A stretch of 64,000 bases of DNA from a virus. Under the pieces are notes generated by a model. That model saw only the letters and a list, made by a program, of their open reading frames with translations. It was not told the DNA's origin and did not search any database. How positions within the stretch are numbered: the first letter of the stretch is position 1; each line of letters begins with the position of its first letter. The DNA lies in the IMG/VR virus record IMGVR_UViG_3300032326_002451, positions 1-64,000 of that record, one strand, 5' to 3'. Shown piece by piece: positions 10,822 to 19,969 of this stretch. The position numbers were made by a program, and so were the translations under genes.

Positions 10822-11627
10822 TATTTATAATTTATTGCATTCGTTGGTACATTGTCAGGGCCAAATTCTGTTTGTTTTACAAGTTCTTTAGCGGTTATTG
10901 TAATATTTCCGCCTTTCATTAATGCTTGACCAGTAGCATCATCAGAAAATGTTCCATCATTGCATGTAACATCATATAAAATTCTTATTGGTTCAACAAA
11001 ATCTTTTTGCATTCTTAAAATATTTTTTCTTGCTGTAGATGACAAATTAGCTACAGCCTCAGAATTTCTTACATCTTCATACATTCTTAAAAAAGATTCA
11101 GTTGCAAGTGAAGAATTTGGCAATGTTGGAGCTGTTATAGAAGCGGGATGGGTTTCTTGCCATAATGAGTCATAATCAGCTTGAACAGCGATTGCATACC
11201 CTGAAAGAATATCATCTCCAGCATTGGCAGGATTTCCATGAGCTATTAGAAAATGCTCAGGCGACAAAGTGAATTTTTGACAAATAGGACAAATGTCTAC
11301 AATCCACATTCTTCTATGTCTTCTTAAAACAGTAATCATGAGTCTTACTGTCTCTTGTACGAGTCTTTCAGATAAATCTATATTGTCAGCCCCAGCATTG
11401 ACTTCTACTGATATGTTATGAGTGAACTCTTGCATACCTAAAGCTATATCTTTAATATTGCTTTTACCACCTTTTAAAGTGACTGAAAGATTTGTATTCT
11501 TGATATCTCTTTCACCTACATACCATGCAGTAATTGGTCTGTCATAAATTATAACTTTTCCGTTGTTGTCTTGTGGCATTTCATAATACAAAATGCCTCT
11601 TATGGTATCGTAAATTCTATCTAACAT
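10821..11627 (-). CDS. Putative tail-completion/terminator-like protein with an inserted Cys/His cluster
   Basis: Directly downstream of a gp36-like adaptor; alpha/beta pattern of tail terminators; contains CPICQKFTLSPEHFLIAH. Confidence 0.4.
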   Translation of the reverse strand: MLDRIYDTIRGILYYEMPQDNNGKVIIYDRPITAWYVGERDIKNTNLSVTLKGGKSNIKDIALGMQEFTHNISVEVNAGADNIDLSERLVQETVRLMITVLRRHRRMWIVDICPICQKFTLSPEHFLIAHGNPANAGDDILSGYAIAVQADYDSLWQETHPASITAPTLPNSSLATESFLRMYEDVRNSEAVANLSSTARKNILRMQKDFVEPIRILYDVTCNDGTFSDDATGQALMKGGNITITAKELVKQTEFGPDNVPTNAINYK

Positions 11628-11635
11628 TTACTTAC

Positions 11636-12130
11636 CTATTGGCTCTTTCCTTTTGAGCTTCCATCTTTTCTTGGGTTATTTGGGATGCCACGTAATGTAG
11701 ATCTAACAAATCTGTCCCCTCTTGTATTCCTCTGACCAAATAATCTAATTTCACCATTTTGAATTCTTACAAGTTCATTCATTGCAAAATCAAACCTGTC
11801 TTTTTGTGCTTCTGAAAATTGTTTGTCTGCACCCTGTAAAGCTTGTGAATAATACATTTGTGCAGCCAATATAGCGCAAATAACTGGGATTGGGTGAGGA
11901 TAAGAAACTTCACCACCAATGTTCATTTGTTTTAATGGTACATCATAAATTATTGCTAAATTAGCGTCTATTTGTGCTGATGCTTGTTGGATAAAAAAAT
12001 CCAGATTTACATTTGAAGCTGTCTCTGGAGCTGGATTTCTGAAGTTTGGATTTGGATTTGATCCTTCAGTTACAACATTAGGTGGTAAATACTGCTTTAC
12101 TTGATCTGTATTACAATATGCTCTTGCCAT
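11636..12130 (-). CDS. Head-tail adaptor, Mu gp36/DUF1320-like
   Basis: MxxAYCxxxxV...IQQASAQIDANL..YDVPL...VICAILAA matches the gp36-family pattern. Confidence 0.75.
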   Translation of the reverse strand: MARAYCNTDQVKQYLPPNVVTEGSNPNPNFRNPAPETASNVNLDFFIQQASAQIDANLAIIYDVPLKQMNIGGEVSYPHPIPVICAILAAQMYYSQALQGADKQFSEAQKDRFDFAMNELVRIQNGEIRLFGQRNTRGDRFVRSTLRGIPNNPRKDGSSKGKSQ

Positions 12131-12812
12131 TTGATAATCCTCCAGGTTTTGGTTTTAAATATTTAGGTACAAAATTTACACCCTCTTCAGGCAAAATTAA
12201 ATTCATTTCTTCTGCTGTTTTTCTGTCTAATAAAGTAAAGACATCCGTAGTTTCGAGATCTGTTGCAGAAGTTGCCCCTGAAGATACAAATTTTGGATAA
12301 TCAATATTGAGATCTCTGTATCCACCAATTTTTGAATTGAATATCTCAACTGCATCTGGTGCACTATCACTACCCTGCAATTTATCTAATATTTGAGCTT
12401 GTCTTTTGGTTATGTTAGAGGCAACTACAAAACCATTATACGAGTGAGCTGTTCGACAAGCATCAGCAAATGCAAGTCCTGGTTTTAATGGTTGTTGCAT
12501 ATTGTAAATATACAGCTCCATGCCTTCTGAACATATATATGTTTGCCCAGGAACTACGACTAAATCCATCTGTTGTTGTTTAGCCATCTGGACAGCTTTA
12601 ATTCCGATGGATGGATTTTTAGGGGTAAGAATACCAATAATATCAAGTCCCTTGATGATAGCTGCTGTAAGAATTGATTTTATTGTGGAGTTTAAATAGT
12701 TTTCATCAGCAAATGCTTTTTCTTCGTCTATAAAAACGCAAAGGTCAACCCTTAATACATGCTTTCGAAGGGCTGTACATAGTTTTGAAGTTTCATACCA
12801 AGAAAGTCTCAT
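12111..12812 (-). CDS. PHP-domain-like protein, predicted catalytically inactive
   Basis: Scaffold motifs VDL, KGLDIIGI, VVPG and DAVEIFNS retained; metal-binding His/Asp residues replaced. Confidence 0.65.
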   Translation of the reverse strand: MRLSWYETSKLCTALRKHVLRVDLCVFIDEEKAFADENYLNSTIKSILTAAIIKGLDIIGILTPKNPSIGIKAVQMAKQQQMDLVVVPGQTYICSEGMELYIYNMQQPLKPGLAFADACRTAHSYNGFVVASNITKRQAQILDKLQGSDSAPDAVEIFNSKIGGYRDLNIDYPKFVSSGATSATDLETTDVFTLLDRKTAEEMNLILPEEGVNFVPKYLKPKPGGLSNGKSIL

Positions 12813-12822
12813 ATTTAGTTTT

Positions 12823-12848
12823 TTCTAAATTTTGAGCCTCAAATCCTT
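12823..12848 (-). promoter_or_regulatory. AAGG-N19-GAA promoter-like motif
   Basis: AAGGATTTGAGGCTCAAAATTTAGAAAAAACTAAATATG; same spacing at three other gene boundaries. Confidence 0.55.
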
Positions 12849-12850
12849 GA

Positions 12851-13447
12851 TTATCTTTTAGTTCCACAATCTGGACAAAACTTTTCTAAACCAGGGAAAT
12901 TAAACCCACACTCAGTACAAAATTGAGACAATTGAGCAGTACCACACTTTAAACAAAATTTTGCATCTTCAGGCAACTCATATAAACATTGCTTATTTAT
13001 GCAATCTTTTTGCTTGATCGTAGTCTTGCGTATGTTATCAGAAGAAATGACTTGAGTAAAAGGAGCAGGCTTTGAAATTCCAGCATTAGAATTAGCCATT
13101 TCATCAAGTTCTGATATTAAATCAGTATATATGCTTCTGCCTTCTAAATGAGGCTGAATTTGGCTTTTTTGAGTCTCTATAAAGGATTGAATGGTTAGAG
13201 GAGGCTCAGGCTCAGAATGCAACGATTCTGAAAGCTTTGAGATCAATTCATTATTCTCAAGCCAACCTTCAGAACTTGCCTCAACCTCCCCATGCTCATT
13301 AAGTGCTATTTTCACATTTGAAACATCCAGTAAATTTTCATCACCAAGAACTGTGTGTCCAAACTGATTTATTTTTACCTTGGTTGCTTCTTCTTTTTTT
13401 GAAGTAGTAAAACTATGTCGAAGGCTCTTAATTTCTTGCTCGTCCAT
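12851..13447 (-). CDS. Double zinc-ribbon domain protein (start reassigned to MDEQEIK)
   Basis: C-terminal CINKQC..FCLKCG..FCTECG..FCPDCG; the longer ORF-track start overlaps the upstream gene; TATAAT lies 6 nt before this ATG. Confidence 0.75.
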   Translation of the reverse strand: MDEQEIKSLRHSFTTSKKEEATKVKINQFGHTVLGDENLLDVSNVKIALNEHGEVEASSEGWLENNELISKLSESLHSEPEPPLTIQSFIETQKSQIQPHLEGRSIYTDLISELDEMANSNAGISKPAPFTQVISSDNIRKTTIKQKDCINKQCLYELPEDAKFCLKCGTAQLSQFCTECGFNFPGLEKFCPDCGTKR

Positions 13448-13460
13448 AGCATTATTATAC

Positions 13461-13865
13461 TTATTGTTGTTTCTTTTTGTCGTCTCTTCTTTCGTACTTG
13501 AAGCTGACAACTTCAAATTTTGGCATTTCATTACCAGATGCAAAATCAGATGTCATTTCATTGTCAACGTTTGATTGGGTTTCAATTGCTTCAAGAATTT
13601 TTGACATGAGTTGAGTGTCAGGGATTGGACCATCTTTACTTGCTTTGATTTCGACAGCGAATGAATGGATTGTACCACTGTCATTCACTACGCTGACGCT
13701 TGCCTTAGGTTTTGCAAATGATTCAATCTTTGTGCTTGTAGGTGTATGAACCATAGGATTGATGTCATAATCATTAACCATTTGATCAATGTTATTTGCG
13801 AGGTCAGGATTTGCTTGCGCTATTTTATTTCTTACTATTACCAACTTGTCTCTTAAGCTACTCAT
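13461..13865 (-). CDS. Hypothetical protein (start MSSLRDK)
   Basis: GGAG SD 6 nt before ATG; contains RNKIAQ motif. Confidence 0.65.
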   Translation of the reverse strand: MSSLRDKLVIVRNKIAQANPDLANNIDQMVNDYDINPMVHTPTSTKIESFAKPKASVSVVNDSGTIHSFAVEIKASKDGPIPDTQLMSKILEAIETQSNVDNEMTSDFASGNEMPKFEVVSFKYERRDDKKKQQ

Positions 13866-13916
13866 TTTCTTCTCCAAAAAGATTTCGTTTTTTTTACACC
13901 CGATAAAAGGGATATC

Positions 13917-14004
13917 TATAATTACTAATTAAATTGTTAATTTAAATTGATTAATTAAATTACTAATTTTAATTTATATATAATTAATTAATTTAAATTA
14001 AATT
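13917..14004. repeat. Extremely AT-rich low-complexity intergenic tract
   Basis: About 88 bp with 4 G/C; AATTACTAATT occurs twice, plus repeated AATTAAATT units. Confidence 0.8.
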
Positions 14005-14022
14005 GCAAATTTAGAAATACTC

Positions 14023-15132
14023 TTAGTTTGCTCCTCCAATATTCCAGATGTATCTGAAGAATCTTGATCTTCCTCCTGGCATGTTGAACTCTGGAACTAC
14101 TATTCCTCTTATACCTGGATACCTTGAAATTGGAAGTTTTTCTAAAAGCTTATCAAAGTCTTCTTTGTACATTCCTGCTGTTTCTTTGATATTTGAAAAC
14201 ATTGAAGCATCTGGGTCTTCTAATAACAATCTTCTTTGTCTTTGTGTGAGCTGTACTAATAAACTTCTAAGCAAATAATATGCTGCACCAAAAACTAAAG
14301 CAGGATCATAGTAATATGGAACTGATGCAATAGATGGGTACTTGGAAGCACCTGGTTGAGCATTTATAACTTGTAATGCCATATTTAAGCTCGAATTCAT
14401 ATGTTGAGATGTAAAAGCCTTGACATTGTATGAAACGAAAACAGTATCATAGGATTGAATTGCTTGAGGTGTTCCATTATCTTTCACAAAATAAATATTG
14501 CCCATGTAATCACATTTATATTTTAATCCATCAGAGTAGTTGTTCCCACTTGGATAGTTGTTTATTTCACCATCTCTGTTATATTGAATAGGATCAAAAT
14601 CCGGGTTAATTGTTTTGTAAATTGGGTCATATTCTGATAAAGTAAACATTGCATCTTGATCACCTTCATTTGATGATCCTGTAATTCTTACTTCTGGCCT
14701 TGGATAGAAATTCCAGAAAGGAAAAGCAACTGTAGCTTGTGTTCTACCTTTTCTAAATAAAACTTCTTCATCGTAAATAGGAATATTTAAGAGGTGTTCT
14801 AATTCGTATCTTAGACTTGACTTGATTAATAATTCATCACCAGCAATTGGAGCTGAAGTTGATAGAATGGTAGTAAGATCACTTGCTATTTCTTGAATTT
14901 TATAAAAACTGGATGGTGACCCCCCTCCATCTACATATTCATTTATAGGGAATAAAATTTCGTCTATTTCAGTATATGTACCGTCAAAATAATCACTTCT
15001 AAATATTTTATATGAATAAACTCCAGACAAGGTATATCTTTCCCATTCTATGTAAATTCCTGGGTTTGCAGCATTAGTATTGTAATAGACTAAGTTGCTC
15101 TGTGAGAAAGATAATTGTGTAAACTCTGACAT
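14023..15132 (-). CDS. Putative neck/head-tail adaptor with N-terminal FN3-like domain
   Basis: GGAG SD before MSEF; N-terminal IEW...YKIFRS...EYVD is FN3-like; C-terminal SLNMALQVINAQP...LVFGAAYYLL helical pattern resembles adaptors. Confidence 0.5.
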   Translation of the reverse strand: MSEFTQLSFSQSNLVYYNTNAANPGIYIEWERYTLSGVYSYKIFRSDYFDGTYTEIDEILFPINEYVDGGGSPSSFYKIQEIASDLTTILSTSAPIAGDELLIKSSLRYELEHLLNIPIYDEEVLFRKGRTQATVAFPFWNFYPRPEVRITGSSNEGDQDAMFTLSEYDPIYKTINPDFDPIQYNRDGEINNYPSGNNYSDGLKYKCDYMGNIYFVKDNGTPQAIQSYDTVFVSYNVKAFTSQHMNSSLNMALQVINAQPGASKYPSIASVPYYYDPALVFGAAYYLLRSLLVQLTQRQRRLLLEDPDASMFSNIKETAGMYKEDFDKLLEKLPISRYPGIRGIVVPEFNMPGGRSRFFRYIWNIGGAN

Positions 15133-15144
15133 CAGTTTCTCCAT

Positions 15145-15174
15145 AAAAAAAAGCTACCCAAAACGGGTAGCTTT
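15145..15174 (-). terminator. Intrinsic terminator hairpin with U8 tract
   Basis: On the minus strand AAAGCTACCC-5nt-GGGTAGCTTT, within a run of 8 T. Confidence 0.8.
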
Positions 15175-15197
15175 AAAGGTTCCGTTCATCTTAGTTT

Positions 15198-15223
15198 TTC
15201 TAAACTCTACGTACTGAGCCCTT
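15198..15223 (-). promoter_or_regulatory. AAGG-N19-GAA promoter-like motif
   Basis: AAGGGCTCAGTACGTAGAGTTTAGAAAAACTAAGATG. Confidence 0.5.
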
Positions 15224-15973
15224 TTCACCATCTGAATCCATCGCTTCTAAATCAATAGCTTCTGCAATAGGCGCATCATCTATAGCAGCATAGTCAAAAT
15301 CTCCACCAGCAATAAATCCATCTCGATTCATGTTTGTCATTTGCATTTTTTGGACAGATGTGCCATTTGCGTTCTCACCTGAAGTCGCAACATAAGCTTG
15401 TGCTTTTCTTGTTGTTCCTGAAACTGAAGAATTAGCATTCAGGTTTTTTTGCATACTAATCATTCTCCCAACGACTCCTGGGTCATTTCTTACTTGGTCA
15501 GCAAACTCTTCTACAGTAAGTTCATCACCTCTAAGTTGCGCCTGTTGTTGAGCAATATCTAAGGCCATAGCATATGAAAGGGAATCATTAGCATACCCTG
15601 CTGTGCTTACGGTACCATCTGGATTGTATGCTTTTTCAGCATCAATTGTTTCTGCTTGCATTTGTCTACCATCTACTTCTACATCTTGAAGTTTAAGGTT
15701 GTTTTGTTGCTTGAGAAGTTCTTTCTTTTCTCTGATAGCTTGCCTTTCTTCAATTTGGTCAAACTGGTCAACGGATATTTTTTTCAATAATCCCATCCTC
15801 AATGATTGTCGAAGATCTTTAGAATTCTTGACATGAGCTGGATCCATCCATGTGAGGTCAATTGCTTGTAGAGGAGAAAAGTTTAGCTTAATATCACTTA
15901 CATAGTGAGGACCAAGAGTGACATTCTGCACTATGAAGGATTCTGGTTCATTTGATTCAGGAACATTATTCAT
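15200..15973 (-). CDS. Hypothetical phage protein (257 aa)
   Basis: Long ORF overlapping the stop of the upstream gene; higher GC than neighbours. Confidence 0.7.
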   Translation of the reverse strand: MNNVPESNEPESFIVQNVTLGPHYVSDIKLNFSPLQAIDLTWMDPAHVKNSKDLRQSLRMGLLKKISVDQFDQIEERQAIREKKELLKQQNNLKLQDVEVDGRQMQAETIDAEKAYNPDGTVSTAGYANDSLSYAMALDIAQQQAQLRGDELTVEEFADQVRNDPGVVGRMISMQKNLNANSSVSGTTRKAQAYVATSGENANGTSVQKMQMTNMNRDGFIAGGDFDYAAIDDAPIAEAIDLEAMDSDGEKGSVRRV

Positions 15974-16322
15974 ATTTTTTTACCTTTTTATCTATCGGTA
16001 AAGATGTGATACCATCAAGTCCTTCTTTACCTGTCCATAACTCATTAGTATTAGCTTCTCTACTATTGGGGTCATAAGAACTTTTTCTTACATCCCTTTG
16101 ATCTTTGACATACTCAGCCATGTCTTTTCTGTTTTTATTTGAGCCAAATTTCTTTTCATTAGCAGTTAATCCTTGGACAACACTAACATTAGTGAATCTT
16201 CTCGCAGCTAAACCTTTACCACAAGGGCAAGGTATTTCTGGTTTATATTCACTAAAAGAAAGTCTGACTGTGTATGTTTTTTCTTGTCCATCACAGTTGC
16301 AAATGTACTCGTAACGTGGCAT
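15966..16322 (-). CDS. FmdB-family zinc-ribbon protein
   Basis: MPRYEYICNC...CPCG...RRF signature. Confidence 0.75.
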   Translation of the reverse strand: MPRYEYICNCDGQEKTYTVRLSFSEYKPEIPCPCGKGLAARRFTNVSVVQGLTANEKKFGSNKNRKDMAEYVKDQRDVRKSSYDPNSREANTNELWTGKEGLDGITSLPIDKKVKKYE

Positions 16323-16338
16323 TTTGAAGCTAACCTTA

Positions 16339-16364
16339 AAGGTATTTGTACAATAATTTATGAA
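16339..16364 (+). promoter_or_regulatory. AAGG-N19-GAA motif overlapping a TACAAT -10 in the divergent region
   Basis: AAGGTATTTGTACAATAATTTATGAA. Confidence 0.5.
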
Positions 16365-16387
16365 ATTGTTTTCATAAGGAGATTATT

Positions 16388-16570
16388 ATGTCATCAGAAA
16401 ATTTGTCAGATGCAGCCACAACTCACCAGATGTATTGCGTAAAATGCAGAACTATGGTCACTATCACTGCTCCTAAAAAAGTTGTTATGAAAAGTAGTAG
16501 ACACGCTTTACAAGGTAAATGCCCTCATTGTTCTATTTCAACATATAAAATTATAGCTAAAACAGAGTAA
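16388..16570 (+). CDS. DUF5679-like small zinc-binding protein
   Basis: MYCVKCR...GKCPHC...YKI; AAGGAG SD. Confidence 0.75.
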   Translation: MSSENLSDAATTHQMYCVKCRTMVTITAPKKVVMKSSRHALQGKCPHCSISTYKIIAKTE

Positions 16571-16573
16571 ATC

Positions 16574-19500
16574 ATGTTCCAAAAAATTTCAGCTACACCT
16601 AAGTTCAAAAATCCATTTAGCAGGACTCCTAAAACTCCAGATACTCCTGACACCCCTGAAACACCAGATCCAAAGAAAGTAAAAGAAACAGATCCATTCA
16701 AATCAGGTGCACAGGCAGCAGCAGCTGCTGCCGGAACTGGTTTGGTTATCAATAAATTCCAATCTTTGGGTGACTCAAAAAATGCCGCTGATCGATTAGT
16801 TGGTAAAGTTCTGGATATGTCTCAGGAACAAGGTAAAAACGCAGACAAACTGGCTGTTGAATTAGGTGAAAGAGAAGTATTAATTTCACAACTTTTAACA
16901 AGTATGCCAGAAGATTTGTTGGCAAAATACTTTGATGAGTTTTTATTTAAGAAAGATATACCTTGGACTGCTACAAGAGAGTTTATGCAAAAAGCAGTAA
17001 ACGCAGAACAACAAGGTGCAGAAGCTGAAGATGTTTTGGATTTTGCTTTAGTATTTTATGATAAAAGAAGAAATTTTGGAAATACAATAACAATTATTGA
17101 CATGGCTTTGGATTTACAGCCTCAAATGAGAAATGTAAATATTTTTAAAGCAATGAAAGGTAGCTTACAAGGCACAAGAGAAGCTGCAATTAGTTTTCTG
17201 CTTATTGGTCCAGAAAATATTGATAAAACTATTGTTCTAAATAAACTATTGGGAATGGTTTTAGCAAGAGGTGCTGAAGATTTAGAAGTTCTTAGAAGAG
17301 AATTTCAATTAAGCAAAGATCAGCTTCAAAGAAAAAGAGAAGTTGGAGACAGATTCAGAGGCATTTATGACGCAATGATGTCTATGGAATTTCAAAGTGC
17401 TTTAAAAAGAAATGTACAGTTCGTAACTGAACAATTTGCCTTGAGCGTTAATGATCCTCAAGTACAATCATTTGCCAAAATTCTATATGATATCAAACTT
17501 GGACAAGAATTTAGAAGTGAAATCTTTGCCTCTCTCGAAGGGAGGCAGACTGCAGAAACTACTCCAGGTTTAGCAGAACAAAGCAGAGTTACCCAAAGAA
17601 GATCAAGTTCAAAAAACAGTAGATTTGTTATTGCGCAAGAAGCACCGAAAAAAGCTCAAACTGTCAACCCAGTGTTTTTAACTAACTTTAGTAAATACCT
17701 TGCAGAACTTATTAAGGTTGCTGAAGTTTTGAAAGTTAGAATTGCCAAGGCAACTGGTAATGATATTCAGATTGCAAACGAAATTAAGGGTTTAGTTACA
17801 ACCGCTTCAGACAGCCTTAAAAATGCTCAAAATAAGATTAGTGTTGCAGATTTCAGCACTGTATTTGCCTTTTACTTAGAAGCATTGAATAAGTTTGAAG
17901 CTGTAAATGTAGTGTTAAAACAAAATCCAGAAAAAACTGCTTCAAATGTAACAAATGCAACAAATTTTAGGTTTGCACAAAACCCAGTCAATAATCCACC
18001 AGGAGTTGCAGTTGGTGTTACTGGTCCAACTTCAGGAGCTGGAGGTGGGAATGGAGAGTTTTTATCAGACGAAGCAAAAAAAATAGCAGATACAGTTTTC
18101 AAAGGAGTAGCTGGTGTAACTGGAGTTGTAGCTTTAGCTACAGGTGATTTCAAGTCTGCGCTTGCAGCTGGTACTGCACTATTTTTGCAGCAAAAAAACA
18201 AAAATGCTCTTGCAATTGCTAACACTGCTGGAATTGAACCTCCAAGAGATTTAACTCCACAATATGTTCTGGATGATGCTGCAGAAGCACTGAAGGCCCT
18301 CGGAGCAAATCTTCAACAACAACAAGAGTTTGTTGCCAATGATCAGTTTATTAAACAAGTTAGTTCAACGATAAATGTCATGGAAAGAAGTTTATTGTTG
18401 GTTATAGATGCACAAGTAAAGACTGCTGATGGAAGTACAGAAACACCACTTGAAAGTCCAGAAAAAGTTGATAAGCTTTACAGAGATTTCATGGCGTATT
18501 TGAGACAGGCAAATGACTATTGTTCAAGGCAGATTGATTTAGTCAACACACTTGCTAAAAATACTAATAATCCAACAGTTCAACAAAAGTTAGGTTCAAT
18601 TAAGCAATACCAAGCAATGGTTCAAGCAAGTGTTGAAGAGATCAGATCTAAAATATCTGAATATGCTTCAATAACAGAAATCATTTCAAATGTACAAAGT
18701 CAGAAATTCTTATTACTTAAAATAAAAGAGCTTATTCCTCAATTAGATAAGTATCTTGCAACAGGATTATCAGTTGCAGATGTGCTTGGTTCTGAAGGTG
18801 GGGTTCTTGGCAAAATCAAGGATTACATAAGTTTTGAAAGAGATAGCTATAATAAACTTTACAAAAAGTGGAGTGAGTTGATAGCTAAGTTTCCTAACCT
18901 TAGATATGACAATGTAACATCCCCTGAAAGACCACCAGTTCAACAAACAGCTAATGTTCCATCTTCTGTTGCACCTAATCAAACTCAAACAGTTAGTGAA
19001 GGTGTAAATGTAGATCAATCTGGCAACATGAGTGAAGGTGGAGATATTCAAGGATATCAAAGATCAGCAAGTGTTCAGTTTTCAAACCTATTGTTTGAGA
19101 AGAAAATTGTAACTTCAGCAACAGATCCTGGACAGCAAGCTAAATATAATTATTATATTACAAAAATGAATCAGCCAGGTATGAACTATCAAAATCTTGT
19201 TAGAGCTTTAGATGGCGATATGACATTTGTAGATGCTAACTTAAAGCTTCTTGCAAGAAATGCTATATTAGCAAAGTCTGTACCACCAATGGCTCAATCT
19301 TTAATCCCACAATATGAGGGAAGTGTTTCAGATGCTCAAGGTAGAAATGTTTCTCCAGGAACTCTTCAAGCTCAACAAGCAGCTCAGACAAATCAACCTG
19401 TAGGACAAACTGCTAACCAAGCAACTCCAGCACCTCCGGCTTCTCAAGCAGGCGCTGGAGTAGGATCTACTGTGCCTGGAAGACAACTCTCTTCTGAAGC

Positions 19501-19948
19501 TGAAGTTGATAGATTTAAAGATCTTAAAAACGTCTATAAAGAGTTTGAGAAACAGTTTGGCAATTATGGAATAATGCCAAGCGCAAATACAGTTGAATAT
19601 GATCCAAAAAGAATGATTGCAAGTATGAGAGCACAATTGCAAAAAGTTTTTGAAAATATTCAAGTGATGGAAAAAATTTATTATCAACTATTACAAAATC
19701 CACAAGATTTTGGAGGCATCATACCAGCATTGAAAAGAGCATCTACAAAATTTGTAAAAGTTTCAGGATTCAAGAAAGTTGAAGAATCTAAAGAAGTAAA
19801 AAAAGCTGATGAATATCTTGAAGACTATTACAATAACGAAATGGACTACGCACCTTACGGAACAGCTTTAGAGCATCCACAAGAGAATAGAAATAAATTA
19901 ACAGACGAAATCAAAGTTCATAGCACAAGCAAGTTCAAGAAAATCTAA
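16574..19948 (+). CDS. Large helical protein, candidate internal virion (ejection) polyprotein
   Basis: 1124 aa; helical blocks separated by low-complexity linkers; TPx repeats near the N-terminus; repeated FxxxA/S(Q) motifs. Confidence 0.5.
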   Translation: MFQKISATPKFKNPFSRTPKTPDTPDTPETPDPKKVKETDPFKSGAQAAAAAAGTGLVINKFQSLGDSKNAADRLVGKVLDMSQEQGKNADKLAVELGEREVLISQLLTSMPEDLLAKYFDEFLFKKDIPWTATREFMQKAVNAEQQGAEAEDVLDFALVFYDKRRNFGNTITIIDMALDLQPQMRNVNIFKAMKGSLQGTREAAISFLLIGPENIDKTIVLNKLLGMVLARGAEDLEVLRREFQLSKDQLQRKREVGDRFRGIYDAMMSMEFQSALKRNVQFVTEQFALSVNDPQVQSFAKILYDIKLGQEFRSEIFASLEGRQTAETTPGLAEQSRVTQRRSSSKNSRFVIAQEAPKKAQTVNPVFLTNFSKYLAELIKVAEVLKVRIAKATGNDIQIANEIKGLVTTASDSLKNAQNKISVADFSTVFAFYLEALNKFEAVNVVLKQNPEKTASNVTNATNFRFAQNPVNNPPGVAVGVTGPTSGAGGGNGEFLSDEAKKIADTVFKGVAGVTGVVALATGDFKSALAAGTALFLQQKNKNALAIANTAGIEPPRDLTPQYVLDDAAEALKALGANLQQQQEFVANDQFIKQVSSTINVMERSLLLVIDAQVKTADGSTETPLESPEKVDKLYRDFMAYLRQANDYCSRQIDLVNTLAKNTNNPTVQQKLGSIKQYQAMVQASVEEIRSKISEYASITEIISNVQSQKFLLLKIKELIPQLDKYLATGLSVADVLGSEGGVLGKIKDYISFERDSYNKLYKKWSELIAKFPNLRYDNVTSPERPPVQQTANVPSSVAPNQTQTVSEGVNVDQSGNMSEGGDIQGYQRSASVQFSNLLFEKKIVTSATDPGQQAKYNYYITKMNQPGMNYQNLVRALDGDMTFVDANLKLLARNAILAKSVPPMAQSLIPQYEGSVSDAQGRNVSPGTLQAQQAAQTNQPVGQTANQATPAPPASQAGAGVGSTVPGRQLSSEAEVDRFKDLKNVYKEFEKQFGNYGIMPSANTVEYDPKRMIASMRAQLQKVFENIQVMEKIYYQLLQNPQDFGGIIPALKRASTKFVKVSGFKKVEESKEVKKADEYLEDYYNNEMDYAPYGTALEHPQENRNKLTDEIKVHSTSKFKKI

Positions 19949-19969
19949 TGAATTAGTATAATTAATTAC

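Noticed and set aside
16625-16672. Short 9-bp-period repeat (TPK/TPD/TPE)
   Set aside because: In-frame low-complexity linker, not a CRISPR array or regulatory repeat
16574-19948. 1124-aa helical protein as tape measure protein
   Set aside because: No periodic aromatic repeats or tail-chaperone genes upstream; segmented architecture fits an internal protein better, though not excluded
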